Shown piece by piece: positions 1-14,288 of a stretch of 64,000 nucleotides of DNA. Position 1 is the first letter of the stretch, and each line of letters begins with the position of its first letter. The notes under the pieces were generated by a model. That model was not told where the DNA came from. It ran no database searches and was given only the letters and a program-made list of their open reading frames with translations. Position numbers and translations under genes: made by a program. This DNA is from Podarcis pityusensis (Eukaryota): the NCBI GenBank assembly GCA_964106645.2, contig OZ067041.1; one strand, given 5' to 3'.

Positions 1-74
1 TGTGATCCCTTATGATGTAAGTTTCCTGTTTTATGCACCATTGCCCGTTTTTTTTTTAAATCAAAGAGAAGATT

Positions 75-310
75 NNNNNNNNNNNNNNNNNNNNNNNNNN
101 NNNNNNNNNNNNNNNNNNNNNNNNNNNNNNNNNNNNNNNNNNNNNNNNNNNNNNNNNNNNNNNNNNNNNNNNNNNNNNNNNNNNNNNNNNNNNNNNNNNN
201 NNNNNNNNNNNNNNNNNNNNNNNNNNNNNNNNNNNNNNNNNNNNNNNNNNNNNNNNNNNNNNNNNNNNNNNNNNNNNNNNNNNNNNNNNNNNNNNNNNNN
301 NNNNNNNNNN
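75..310. other. Assembly gap (run of N)
   Basis: 236 consecutive n characters. Confidence 0.99.
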
Positions 311-3300
311 CTAGGAATTCAGATATAGCATATATAGATTTGCATGCTTTTGCTTACCCTAATTACAGTTTTATTAAAAAAAAAGTAAACTAACAATATA
401 TTAAGTTTGATTATTTTTAAATGGGCATATTACATTAAGAATTGAGGTTTTATTTTCTTAAGATTGTCTCATGGCATTAATGACGAAACATTTTAAGCTA
501 CAGATAAAGTGGCAATCACCCCAGTTTAGGGGTTTTTTTAATTTAAAAAAACCTTTTTAACCCCCCCCCTTTCTTAAGAGTTTTAAGTAGGCCTGTGTTT
601 TGTTCAAAGTATGTGACATTATAAGTGGATGATACATTCAGGATGCGAGTGGTATTCAATTCCCCTTTCCCTCCCCTCCACCCAGTAAGTCAGATGCAAA
701 ATTGCAAGGAAGAAAAGAATAGGGGCAAGTTTCCTTTTGTCAACTCGGAAAATTAACTCAGTAGACCCCCTATCACATTTGTATGTTTATAAACTTCCTA
801 GGGATACTTTTTGGAAATTTGAATCATGCCTCAATGATTGTAATTAGCAAGGTGATTAAAAAAAATTAGGTTGATGCTCTTAAGTGTTTGCTCTCTGTAT
901 TTCCCCCCATTAAATCAGTTCATCCTATTGGAATTATCTTGAAAAATTGATTATCTGACCACATGTATAGGATGGGCTACCCTTTTCCTTAGGTCACATT
1001 ATTGAAAACAAGCAGTAGTTATATATATATCTGACAGAGAGCAATCTCCTGGCACTTGAGATTCCTGCAGTGAAAGTTAACTTTGCATTTAGGATTAGGT
1101 TGAAATTCCTATTGTAGTGAAGGAATATCTACTTGATGACTGATCAATTGGAGTCTGATATGCCCATGAATCTTAATGGCAAGATTGCAATATATTTATA
1201 CTTAAAGATTGTATGCTGCATCACTGCCATCCTTTAATAGTTGGTTTATAATATTACAACAGTCTCAAATGAATCATGGCCCTAGAATGGATGTCATGGT
1301 GACATAGCTAAATGGAAACTCAAAACAAGAAGAGTGAGATCCACAGATGAGAAGACTCCTTGTCAAGACTAATCAGTAGTAATGAAGATTCTGGAAGCAG
1401 CACATTGCCCAAGAGGAAAATGGATGAGACAAAGGGGGAGAAATCTACTATGAATGTTACCCTTAGTACTACAAACAAAGGTATACATGTACATCACTGT
1501 TAAAGGTCAGAAGATAAAGAATTTAACTCAGATGAAGTTTAATCATGTATAATTATATGTACATTCAGATACCTCACGACAAAAGCATTTGGATTACTAA
1601 TTTTGTTCAAACTGACCTTTTGCATTTGGAAGGACACAGTTCTTGCCCCCCCCCCACCTCTGAACTTTAGTATTCCTGTTTTTATCTCGGTAAACTCTTG
1701 AATATGTCCTATGCCACCCTAGATTAGAGAGCTTCTATTCCCACCATCCAAGATTATAGGTCTGGTTTTGTTTTGTTTTTTTAAAGCATATAACCATCTC
1801 TTATTGCAACAGCAGCAACAGAAGTTAATATCAGCAGGACAAGTCTAACTTCTGTGCTCGCTTGCAATCTCACATGTTGATCTTTGTATATTGTCTTCGC
1901 AGGCTTGCACTATTTCATGAGGGGTAGAAGGGCCATCTAGGTGCAACATTTCAATAGGGCTTGATTTCTGTTTTTTCTGACTTTGATTCTATTTCATGAA
2001 TTATTCTTGATGAATAAAACCTTTGTGCTCTTGCTTAAGTATCTTTTCCTTTCTGGTTTAAAGCTCAAATTAGTTCCAGCGTTATGTGATACTACCAGTT
2101 ATGATTCGTTTCACGTAAAAAACCATATTGAGGGAAGCCAACCAGGTGTATCATAGGATTGAATGAGAATGATAGCAAAAAGGGAATCATTTTGCAGGAC
2201 CATTTTTCAAAAATGAACAGGAAGACTCTTTTGACTTTGACCTTTTTTTCGTAACGCAAAGTTATGTATTTTAGTAGGTCTCAAGGCCTGCTACAAGTTA
2301 ATGATCTAGATTTTTTGCACTAGCAGGTTAATCTGTATACCAAGTGATCAAGTTCACAATACAGTGTGAGTGCATTTGCTTCTTTGTTAGAGGGCCAAGA
2401 TTATAGATCAAATCAATCACTCTTTTAACATGCAGTATTTCCTTATGTTCATATTCATATTTTCTTTGGGTAGGTTTGAAATAATAAAAGCTGCCTTAAT
2501 TCTTGGGATTGGGGCAAATAAACTTCTGTGCCATTCTGTTCTTGAAGATCCTCTTGCTGATCCTTGCAACTGCCTTTCTCAGAATTCCCAGATACTACTT
2601 TTAAGCTTATTGCTTTCATCAGATATTACTTCCTTAACAGAAAACATGAAAGTCTCTAGGTGTTTATAAGAAAAGGAAGCTTTGAGAAAGTCTTAATTAG
2701 ATCTCACACATACCTCCCCTTTAAATTTAGTGGCTTTGGTGAATAGAAAACTAGAACAGCTTTCTTCTGAAAAAGCTACGCAATTTCTTCTCTTCTTTTT
2801 CCCTTGCTCCTGTTATTCCAAGCTTTAGCATGTGGTAGTCTGGGCCCTGGGTTAGCTTTTATTTGCCACTCTGAATGGGTGACATTTTGCTTTATAAAAT
2901 GTCCTTCACAAAATTGTACACTCCTCTTGTTCTTTTTTTTCAGGGAAATTCCCTAAGGTTGAATCCTTGAGATTTAATATTCTTAATAATCTTCACTCTT
3001 AAAAACTATGAGTTTCCACTTTATCGATTCTATCTTCCCACCATTTATTTGCTTCATATTTGGAGCTTTCAATACAGCTTTAAAAGAGGCATGGAGGCTT
3101 GGGGACTGAAGTAGAAAGTCAGACCCATGGCAAATGGGGTATCTTGTTCTGCTGTGGAGTCACACATTCCTGGACCTATATTGGCTATGTCTTGTTGCCA
3201 TTTTGGCAGTTTGCTGCCTCCAGGTTATCCATAACGTGATGACAATAATCCAACACTGCCCCTCCAGTCACAGTTTTGTGTGTAATAGATGATTGGGATT

Positions 3301-4499
3301 CTGAGCCCTCTTTCCTCCTCCCAGCGGCCCAAGTAACTTTCAGGCCTAGGAAGGAGTTGAGCTGCCAAGTCCTTTGAGGGGAGGTCTGCCCAAGCAGTCC
3401 CATTGGAACTCAGGACTGGAGAGAGCAAGTGGAGTGAGGAAAGTGGATTCTATTGAACCCTATGCCAACCCTCATCTATGTTCAGATAGCTTGCCCCATT
3501 TGTTAAAAAACTTTTTTTTTTGTTCAGACACACACTAGATGGTTCATTGTCGAAATACATGCTATATACTGAATTAATTAACTTCATCTAGCAAATAAAC
3601 TACATTCTTTCACTGAAATCTTCCTTCATTGGTCCATCTACCTATTCACAGATCATTAGCTACATAGCTAAAAAAGAAACTCATGCATCATTACAAGTAT
3701 TTGGCTCTTCCTGGACTTCCTAGGGAATATTTCCTTGCTATTCTTTTGTGCTATTTTGTTCATTACTACTTTATTGTCCTTTAGAGTATGTGTGAGAGAG
3801 ACAGAAACTATGTCAATATTTTTTATTGTAAAGGCAAATCATGAATTCCTCAACTTAAACTGCATCTGTCTTACCATCTTTCAGTTTTAGAAGTTCAGAG
3901 ACTAATAAATCTTTTCTGTACCCATGATCATGGGCTAAAATAGTGAATAATATATTACTACTTATGATGTCACAAATTTTGAAATAAGCGGTGAGCTTAA
4001 TAAAAAACACAATAGCAAAATAAAGCACTATATGTGGATATATATGTAAAGAATTTATTGCACGTGCATACCTAGTTTTTATGATTAGGAAGAACGGCGA
4101 TGTATTTTTGTGGTGTTAGATTCTAGAATGCCATGGACAACTATTCTATAACAGTTTTCTCGAGTATTTTGTTCAGATAATTAATTTTATCAAATAAATT
4201 AGTATAAGACGAGTTGAATTAAGAGTCTGAAGTTTGTGTAAGCGCTCAGATACTTCAGACCATAGGCAAGAAATTTTAGCCTTTTCAGACATTTAAATAG
4301 GAAGCTTTTACTTTTTGTGTCACATGATACTTAATTGTACTGCTTCCCAAACTTTGTTTAGAATACAGATATGTGCTAAGGGATTAGTTACATAATATAA
4401 CATTTGATAATTTAAAACCCTTAATGGGAATTTGCAAAATTTTCATCACCTTAGTAGAATCAGCAGCAACCACCAGGTTATGTTTATTATGGGGTATAA

Positions 4500-4799
<300 letters not shown>

Positions 4800-5482
4800 T
4801 GAATGCAGAGGCCCAATTCATTCCTAAGGGAAAACCATGGTGGTTCTTTGTGGTCTCTGTGCACTCACACATGTGGGTTCAGCACCTGCACAGAGCTCAT
4901 TCAGGAGACTTCTGAAGCTCGCAATATGTGCGTGTACTGAAGGGTTTGCCCCCCCCCCAACTCGGTTCCCTTTCAACTACTCCGAGAAATGTTCTTGGCT
5001 AAAAAAAGTTTGGAGGTGGCAGCTCTACAGTCACAAGAGATTTCTGTTTGCACAATGGAACTTCTTTCCTCCAGCCCTGCCCCCCATTTGTCCTCAAATC
5101 TAGTTGGGGAACCCTCAAGCAGATGGGGGCGGGTCAGCATATAGGGGAAGGAGAGGAAACAAGTCCCTTTTACCAGTGAAACCCCAGTGTTGCAGCAACA
5201 GACACAACCCAAATCTCTGTCTACAGAAGAACTCTTATTTTCCCGCATCCTTTTCTCCTCTCTTAAAAACATAAAACCAGATGCTGTGCGTGCCCTGTGA
5301 TGCAGTTGCTGTACAGAATGTAGACTGCGGTCTCCTGTGCCATGTGGTCCACTGTTGTGTAAAGAAACTTGTATGAACTTAGAACTATTTTCAACCATGC
5401 CAATGAAACTGTCTCAAAATGTTCCTGTCCAATTTACTTTTCCCTGTGAGTTATCTTAAATATGCTAACTACAGTTGTTAAA

Positions 5483-5840
5483 GGGACGTGGGTGGTGCTG
5501 TGGGTTAAACCACAGAGCCTAGGACTTGCCGATCAGAAGGTTGGCGGTTTGAATCCCTGTGACGGGGTGAGCTTCCGTTGCTTGGTCCCTGCTCCTGCCA
5601 ACCTAGCAGTTTGAAAGCACGTCAAAGTGCAAGTAGATAAATAGGTACTGCTCCGGCGGGAAGGTAAACGGCGTTTCTGTGCGCTGCTCTGGTTCACCAG
5701 AAGTGGCTTAGTCATGCTGGCCCCATGACCTGGAAGCTGTACGCTGGCTCCCTCGGCCAATAAAGCGAGATGAGCGCCGCAACCCCAGAGTTGGCCATGA
5801 CTGAACCTAATGGTCAGGGGTCCTTTTACCCTTTACCTTT
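5483..5840 (+). mobile_element. Sauria SINE (Squam1), full length
   Basis: tRNA-like head gggacgtgggtggtgctgtgggttaaacc with B box, (ACCTTT)n tail, TSD acagttgttaaa on both sides. Confidence 0.93.
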
Positions 5841-6010
5841 ACAGTTGTTAAAGATATGGTTTCGTCCAGTAGACTTACTGAAGTCCATGGGGTGTTTGTT
5901 ACTTTTGAAGGGGCTGGTCTGAGTAGGCCTAGCATTAAATTCCACCTATAAAATGTTACTGTAGTTAAATAAGAAATATTCACCAGTTTAAATCATTCTT
6001 TCCTAAACAG

Positions 6011-6106
6011 GTCAAAGTTTTGGTGGTCTGATATCTGTGATAAATGGAGGAACTGAAGATGATGCTGACAATATGCATGTTGATAGAGAATTTCCTGTTA
6101 TATCAG
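6011..6106 (+). CDS. ANKRD10: ANKRD10 coding exon (exon 5 equivalent, 96 nt)
   Basis: aacag|GT CAA ... TCA G|gtggg; encodes ...NGGTEDDADNMHVDREFPVIS; phase 1/1 fits both neighbours. Confidence 0.93.
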
Positions 6107-6267
6107 GTGGGAGTGGACAGTTTCCTGTTAACCACAACAGCATTCAAATGGTTGAAGATACCATGCAGAAGAGTGGTTCTATTGGACCCAAAGAGATTGA
6201 AATATACACAGTTTCTGCAATGCAGACTCCTTGTCGTTGCAAGAATCAGTATGCATATTATCTCTAA
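6107..6267 (+). CDS. ANKRD10: ANKRD10 alternative C-terminus by read-through of the exon-5 donor (53 aa)
   Basis: Frame stays open past the donor: GGSGQFPVNHNSIQMVEDTMQKSGSIGPKEIEIYTVSAMQTPCRCKNQYAYYL*; resembles an alternative ANKRD10 isoform tail as I recall it. Confidence 0.65.
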
Positions 6268-9155
6268 CTTAATCTTACCGCACATGTCCCAAAGTCTTAA
6301 AACTTATTTGCGTTGCTAAAATAACCTTTATAAGACATTTTAAAATAGCAAGATTATCAGTTTTGTAGAAAATGTAAGATATGAGGGAAGATGTTGATGA
6401 CAGATCCAGATAGATGATCTTGTGGTTGTTCCTGTCTAGAGACCTGCATGCCTTGTGCCTTGATCAGAGGTGATCCTACTTGCTTCTTGGAAGAATATTC
6501 AGCATTTGATTAATGCAGCAATTATTTATTGTAATTAAAAAAGGTAAAGCTGATTGCACTGCCTTAATAATCATCTGATCAGTGTATAGGATTGTAAATT
6601 TAGCTTGGCGAATGCTACCAGTTTTGCTTCGAAGGTAGCCTGAGTGCGTTAAAGCAACGGGATGGGTCCAGGGGCAAGCATGTCTAATGAGTCTTGCTCA
6701 TGACAGTACCCTTAAAGTGCCCCACTGAGTGTCAGGGGCCCTCCTGAATGTGGTGCAGAGGGGAGAGGAATCCCAAAACCTAGTGCCTCCATCTGGTTTT
6801 CAGATTTTACCTGGAGGGGTGTACCACAACCTGTCCTATTTAGCAGGGTCCCCTGTCCCTTGGAACATTGGGGGGAGGGCTGTTAAAGCTCCCACAGTGG
6901 ACTGAGGGATCCAACCTGATATCTATGTCTTGGTTTTATTGTTAGTATTCAGCTAAATTGATAGTTAATGGATGCTTTGGGGCTTAAGTTACTATTTGCA
7001 ACCCATGAAGAAAATCCTATTCATACTCGTTTTGTTGAAGCCCAGTCATTAGTCACTCTTCCCATTTCAAGGGCTGCTGGAAATGCATGAAAACACATCT
7101 CTTCTCCTAAGGGCTTCCTCAGTCACTTCAGTGGAGAAAGCTGCCAAATGCATGCAAAGAGCATACAATGTGCAGAGCTGCTTCAGCTTCCACTGAGATG
7201 AATGGAGATGATTGCGCACACTATTCTCTTAGAGTATGTTTTTTATGCTCCACACAACAATCTGGATCAGCCCAGATCTGTTAAAACTTCAGACTGGTGG
7301 TAGTTCTATATTTTAAATGACTTATTGATGCACTTTTGCATCTGTTAATGTGCACATTCGTTCTGGAGAAAATATTTCTCATCTCTGGTGCATAGGAACA
7401 TAAAGTGGATTGGGTTATAGTCATTGCTGTATAAAATGGAAGGGGGCAGAATCTAATGACCCTTGATACTGCTTTTTAAATAGAAAATTAATTGTAACTT
7501 CTCACATTGTGTTGTCCCAGTAAATTCAACGTAAGTGTTTATATTGTCATTAGAAACACGCCTACGTGAATCTTACACAAACTTTAATGAGGCGGTTTTT
7601 GTTGAGTCAAGGCTGTTAAGTAACTTACGTAACAACTTGAGTTGTTTCCATTATATTTGAATTAATGGATGATGCTCATTGTTGCTGGAACAGATTTCCC
7701 CTTGCTGTCCTCCCCATCCCACAATCTGTTTGAGTGTCCCCCAACTCTCTAAAGCAAATTTGGATGGCTGCAGGGGAAGGAGAAGAAGGGAAAGTTCATT
7801 GTATGAGCATTTCTGCTAGCTGACAGTCACAACTGGATAGTGCCCAACGATTTTGCATGGTATCTAATAAAGTCCCCCCACATCTGCTGTAGAGAACTGG
7901 GGAATCACAAAAAATTCTTCCTCCTCCATTCTGCTAACAGATGCTGCCCTCTTTTAAACATACTGATATAAAATACTGGTATGCCAAATAATGCTTCCCT
8001 TTTTCTAATACACTGAATGATTTTTTTTGTGTGTGTGGGGGGGGGGGATAATATTGCTAGAATATGGCATTTTGCCAAAACAGGGCTGAAATTGAGTTAT
8101 GAGGCAAAAACACCTTCATTTTTTTCATGAACTTCTGCATGTGCCCAAAGATCATCCCTAGAATCCATGTAAAATACTGACTTGTCAAACACAGAAATGC
8201 CTTTTTTTACATGTAAGAGAATATTTTATCTTGGTGATTTAATTTATTTTTGCCAAATTGATATTTTTATGTCCTACTGCTTCTAGTCCCATTACATATA
8301 AACCTTCTCTTTAAAAAAGAAATATAACTAATGAGATAATGTTTACAGAAAACTATTATTTTGCACTAACAAGTAATGAGAAAAGAGACCATTGGCTTGT
8401 TGCGAAAAATTTTAAAAACACTAGATCTCTATACATTTTGCTGTGGCCATTCATGGCGTTTTTGCAGCAGGGTTGTACCGACTTGAAATTCCACTCTAAG
8501 GAAGAACATAGATTTATTCTGTATCTAATATTAAATATAAAATTGATATAAAATAAGTTTTGCTCTTAAGACATGTTGCATAATCATTCTTGCATTTGCA
8601 TAAGGCTTTTGATATGCCTGCTTTACTGTGTGCTCACCTGAAATTTAATAAGGCAGAGTTAATTAATATTGGCTTAACCTTTAATGCTTTGAAATTCCAG
8701 ACTACTCACACGTTTAGTTTGTATTTCATAGTAGGGAGTTTTATATTCTAGTTAAGAAGTACATCTAACCTATTCTTTCTCCGATTGTCCAAAATATTGC
8801 TTGCAGTTTTGTATGATCCCTTTCATAACTGTTAGAAATGTACTTACATACAACTCCTATGCATCTTAACTTAAAAATAAATTCCATTGTCTTCAAGGAA
8901 GTGCATGTGCAGGATTGTGATCTTAACAGATTAACATTTTGAGCTTAGTTTAGCTGGAGCAGCATTAAGTAAATTTTAATTACACCTTGTACAGAAATTT
9001 TGTTTATAAAATGTTTTACCAGACACCTCTGTTTCTAAGGTGTATTAGTAAACTATAATTGCCTAAAGCATGAGGCTGCACTGGGTTTGTTTTGACCTTA
9101 ATTTGGAAATATTTTAATAAAACTGCAATAAAATGGAAGAGAGCTTTTATTTTGA

Positions 9156-9653
<498 letters not shown>

Positions 9654-10177
9654 AGTTGTCAATACCATATTTTGTGGGTGTCGGAACATATTTTGGAAAA
9701 ATACTACTAAGCAATGTAATTTGCCTGGGGGGGGCAGTATAATCTGAAGGATGCAGCAAGTAACAGTTTTTACATGTTGTTTAAGGGAATTTGACACTTG
9801 ATAGCCTTACGCTTCTAGTTTTGCATGCACAGAATCCATTAGTTCTACGAATAGGTGCTTTTTCAATGGAATGTTTGGTCTTTTTTATGACGAGTTCTAG
9901 TTTTGTACTTTTTTCCCTACGCTTATAAACACTGTACTTTAGAACTTTCGTTTTTCTCTTTAATTAAGCTCTTTTAAAACTAAACTTTGTGGCAAGAATC
10001 TCATTTTTGATATTAGGAAAGTACAAATTCTCTAATTTAAGATATTTCTGTTGAGACTATGGTAAGCAATCTCTCTGCCAGCTATGACTATGCAAGGAGT
10101 GGGTGGTGACAGTAAAAGCATTTGACGCAATCTGTTGCCTCGCTTCTCAAAAGGAGTGGCTTTTCTTTTAATAAGTT

Positions 10178-10829
10178 AATAAATGAACTACTTATAAATG
10201 CAGTAAGTAGTGGTTGTATAGTTCTTGAGACGTTTTGTTTCATAGTTATATTTGGGTTGCTGCTTTTTTTTAAAAAAATGGTTACTTTTTGTATTATAAA
10301 GTTCACAAAACTGATTCCTAGTATACAACTGAAGGCAGAAATGGGGCACTTTTTCCTTTTGCTTTGCTGCAGATATGCATGCTATTTTACCATAGCTCAC
10401 AGAATGGCATGATGGCACCTTTTTACTATGTATGTGAATTATTAAAAAAAACCTGTTACTCGTTGAAATGTTGTCTGGTCAATATATTTCAGCTTCATGT
10501 TTTGTTACTCGTATAACATGAATATATTTTTCTTTTTTTAAGAGGAAAAACACATTGCTTTAAAATGTTATATATTTCCAGCCTGATGTAGGGGCTGTGT
10601 TGTTGTTTTTTAAGCCAAATTCAATGGAAATGCATTGTTTGAAGAGTGAATAGATGTATATGCAGAATATGTAAACGTGCACTGCGAAAGCTTTGTAATA
10701 TTACTTTTGTGATTTGGGGTAAAATTGATGGATGAAGAAAGTGTTGAACTAAAAGCAAACTGTGTGCTTAACATGTGCTTGTATCTTTTCGTTTCTAAAG
10801 GGACCTTTACAAACTGAATTTAAAATAAA
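10178..10829 (+). terminator. Candidate ANKRD10 poly(A) signals
   Basis: AATAAA 10178-10183, ATTAAA 10441-10446 followed by GT-rich sequence, AATAAA 10824-10829 followed by T/GT-rich sequence. Confidence 0.5.
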
Positions 10830-11959
10830 CAAGCAGACTCCACCTTGCATTTTAGTTTAGTGTTTTTGTGCAGCAGCAGTATCTGTCTTACGTCTGTCAT
10901 TTGGCTGTCAGAGCTTTTCAATATGCAGTGACATTAAGTGAACAGTATATTAGAATTTTGCCAGATGTTGCTAGGGGACATTCCTCATAGGGGTGGAGCC
11001 TCCTACTGGAAGGATGAGGCAGATAGCATTTTGGAGGTTTTTTTAGTCCTGGATAAAATTTAATTCAACCTCTGATTTTGCTGTTTCTCACAATTCAGGA
11101 GCACGATGGGTGCATTTAGCATTTATCAAGGGGAGAAAAATGAAAAACCACAGAAACCCCCATTATGAGGCGAAATACTACACAGCATAGTAAGGGACAA
11201 AACTGAAATAAAACATAGTGTGACAATGTTAAGGCATACAGGCTTCAACGTGGTTCACTAGCGAAAAGTCATCCTGTATACTTGGGACTTAAAACATGTA
11301 TAAACATACACACTCAATCTGAGAATCTATTTGGATAATTGCAGTTTCCCACATTAATTTAATACTGAAATCCTATTAGCATGGCACACATGTAAGATAC
11401 TTCATGTAATAGTTGTACCTGCTCAAGTATACAGGCTCTACACATTTAGGACATTGTTTCACAGTTGACTGATTCACAGGAGCCCCTGCATATGAAGAGG
11501 TGCTTGTGCATTGGAATTTCTCTGCAGATAGCCACATGCAAGCTCTTTGCTGTTGCAGGAAGAAATGACAGCAGCAGGGCTAAAAGGTCCTAATTGGCCA
11601 TAAACATGGCCTGCACATGTGTAGTGCATAAGTTTTTTAAAAAATTAGTGTGTTCTGTCACTCTTTTTTGGTCCTTTGTATCATTCTTGAAACAAGCAAC
11701 GTAAATAGCTATCTAGTGTATCACTAAAAGAATGCTGATTGGGATCATTTCATACTGAGTTTACTCTCTATATTAAAAGGTGAATTCCTTTATCCAAATG
11801 TAGATCCTTATATAACCAAAACAGCACCATTCATGCACAATAGGGGAAGTAGCAAGCCGGAGGGGGCTGGGGAGTTGCAGTGGGGACCCTGCGTGTTCAA
11901 TGAGCATGGAATCCTGGTTAACTACTAGGGGTGAAGCAGAAAACCAGATAGGTGGAGTA

Positions 11960-12218
11960 CCATATTTTTTGCTCTATAAGACTCACTTTTTCTCTCCTAA
12001 AAAGTAAGGGGAAATGTGTGTGCATCTTATGGTGCGAATGCAGGCTGCGCAGCTATCCCAGAAACCAGAACAGCAAGAGGAATCGCTGCTTTCGCTGCGT
12101 AGCGATCCCTCTTGCTGAACTGGCTTCTGAGATTCAGAATATTTTTTTTCTTGTTTTCCTCCTCCAAAAACTAGGCGCGTCTTGTGGTCTGGTGCGTCTT
12201 ATAGAACAAAAAATACGG
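11960..12218. mobile_element. Tc1/mariner-type MITE
   Basis: TA|ccatattttttgctctataagactcac ... gtgcgtcttatagaacaaaaaatacgg|TA terminal inverted repeats. Confidence 0.85.
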
Positions 12219-13697
12219 TAAATGGAATGGAAGACTGGAGGGTATGGCTGGCTCCTAAAAACCCTGCACACCTTTTTGTTGCCTGTGGGATGGGCAGGCA
12301 GGACTTCTATCTGAGAAGTGGCAAAGAGACTTGCAAAACAGTTTGACACCCCCCCCCTCTTGTGACATAATGGTGCCATGTGATTTAACAGTTGGGAAGC
12401 CCCAACTACCTGTCAGATTTGGCCTGCAAAGCCGATCCCAGTAAGGAACTGGCCTGTGGAGTCAAAAACATTCCCAACCCCTGTGATAAGGTGTTGCACC
12501 TAATGGGCATGAGTTGTGCTTTTGTTAAGACTAAAGTGTTCTTATTTAGAAGTAAATGCTGTGTCAATTTGAATGGAACATCTCTAGACTGGTATCAACC
12601 CACAATTTTCAGAAGAAGAAACTACCTTTGTGCCAAAATTTACTGCTCCCATCTGTGTGAACATATTGAGGAAACAGGTACTAGAGCATCACACTGTAAC
12701 ATAGATCATTTATTATGATCGCCGACCAATGAAAAGTAACACACAGGGTAATCTAAGATTCACAGAGGCACCAGCAGAAAAAAATGACCACTTGCTTCCT
12801 AATTAATTTTGATGAAAGAAAAAATCAACAGCTACCTGTTCAATAACCTAAGAACCACTCATCACTCAAACAGTAAGAGATCAGTGTCTTGCAGGTACAG
12901 TTGTTAAAGAAGAAGCAGCAGCCGTCCTCTGGATTCCTGACTCCCAACTGCAATATTTAAAAAGCATAGCCCACAGACTCTTCTCCAATTCCACAGGGAC
13001 AAGAATTACGGAATTATGTTAAATTGGCCAGGTAGCAAAACTCAAGGCAGAACACTCATTCGAGTGTTAATGTTATCCTGTATCTGTAAACAGGATCTGG
13101 CAATGCCATTTTTTGGAAACTTCTTTAAAATTGTGGTGAGTAAGACATGTCAGATTAAATTCATAGGTGGTGCAAATCTAGGTTTATTTGCCCTGGATAC
13201 AAGAGAGCTGAACCTTTAGAATCTGATTACCCAAAGGAGATGCTCAGCTTAATCATGGCCTGCCAACAACAGCAAATTCAACAATCATTTCAAGAAACAT
13301 AGTCACTTCAAGATACACAGCCGCATTCCCCACATAGGACAGTAAGCCTAAAGTCTTTGTAATGAAACTCTTGAACCCTTTCCAGTTGGAAGTTGAAGCT
13401 GGTATTCCATGTGGAAATGTCAAAAGTAAGTTCAGCCAAACACTACTTGGTGTTAAAAGCTTGAATAGCTAATAGACTAGAATGGCCACTCCATGGGTGG
13501 GAGGACCCTAGAGCTGGCTTGTCACCACAAAATGTTATTTTTTCTTTGCTCTGGGCTAACAAAGCACTTTTGGAAGTCTGTTTTAGTTGCTTCTTGTATA
13601 TTTGTTTGGAAAGGCCTGGATTAAAAAGAATTGTAGAGTTGGAAGGGACCCTGAAATATATATATATATTTGCACATTAGAGGTATACGATTGGCCT

Positions 13698-14288
13698 ACA
13701 AGACGTAACCGGCTGTGTTCTTAGATAAATAAGATACTATTCATTGTATCCAGAGGGACACGGGTGGCGCTGTGGGTTAAACCACAGAGCCTAGGACTTG
13801 CTGATCAGAAGGTCGGCAGTTTGAATCCCTGCGACGGGGTGAGCTCCCGTTGCTCGGTCCCAGCTCCTGCCAACCTAGCAGTTCGAAAGCACGTCAAAGT
13901 GCAAGTAGATAAATAGGTACCGCTCCAGTGGGAAAGTAAATGGCGTTTCCGTGCGCTGCTCTGGTTCTCCAGAAGCGTCTTAGTCATGCTGGCCACATGA
14001 CCCGGAAGCTGTACGCCGGCTCCCTCAGCCAGTAAAGCAAGATGAGCACCGCAACCCCAGAGTCGGCCACGACTGGACCTAATGGTCAGGGGTCCCTTTA
14101 CCTTTACTTTATTCATTGTATCAAATTGTAAATTTCAACAGAAGTAACTCATAAAGTTCAACAAACGAACAAAGCAGAAGACCCAGTGGATCAGATCATT
14201 CTCTAGTCAGTTCATGCATAAGGTCCATCATTTGATACAATGAATAGTATACCTTATTTATCTAAGAACACAGCCGGTTATGTTTTGT
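13698..14288. repeat. About 55-bp inverted-repeat (MITE-like) element interrupted by the SINE
   Basis: Left arm acaagacgtaaccggctgtgttcttagataaataagatactattcattgtatc matches the reverse complement of 14230-14288. Confidence 0.7.
13755..14109 (+). mobile_element. Sauria SINE (Squam1), full length
   Basis: Near-identical to the 5483-5840 copy; TSD tattcattgtatc at 13738-13750 and 14110-14122. Confidence 0.93.

Noticed and set aside
2-328. 108-aa ORF at the window start
   Set aside because: Artefact of the N gap.
5483-5570. tRNA-like A/B-box sequences here and at the other SINE heads
   Set aside because: They continue into SINE bodies with tails and TSDs; no complete cloverleaf.
5533-5760. 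Recurrent ORF MAEGASVQLPGH... (also 13805-14116)
   Set aside because: Antisense translation of the Sauria SINE, not a gene family.
7521-7530. 10-nt segment between cccag| and |gtaagt in ANKRD10 intron 5
   Set aside because: Weak pyrimidine tract and very short; nothing else supports a micro-exon.
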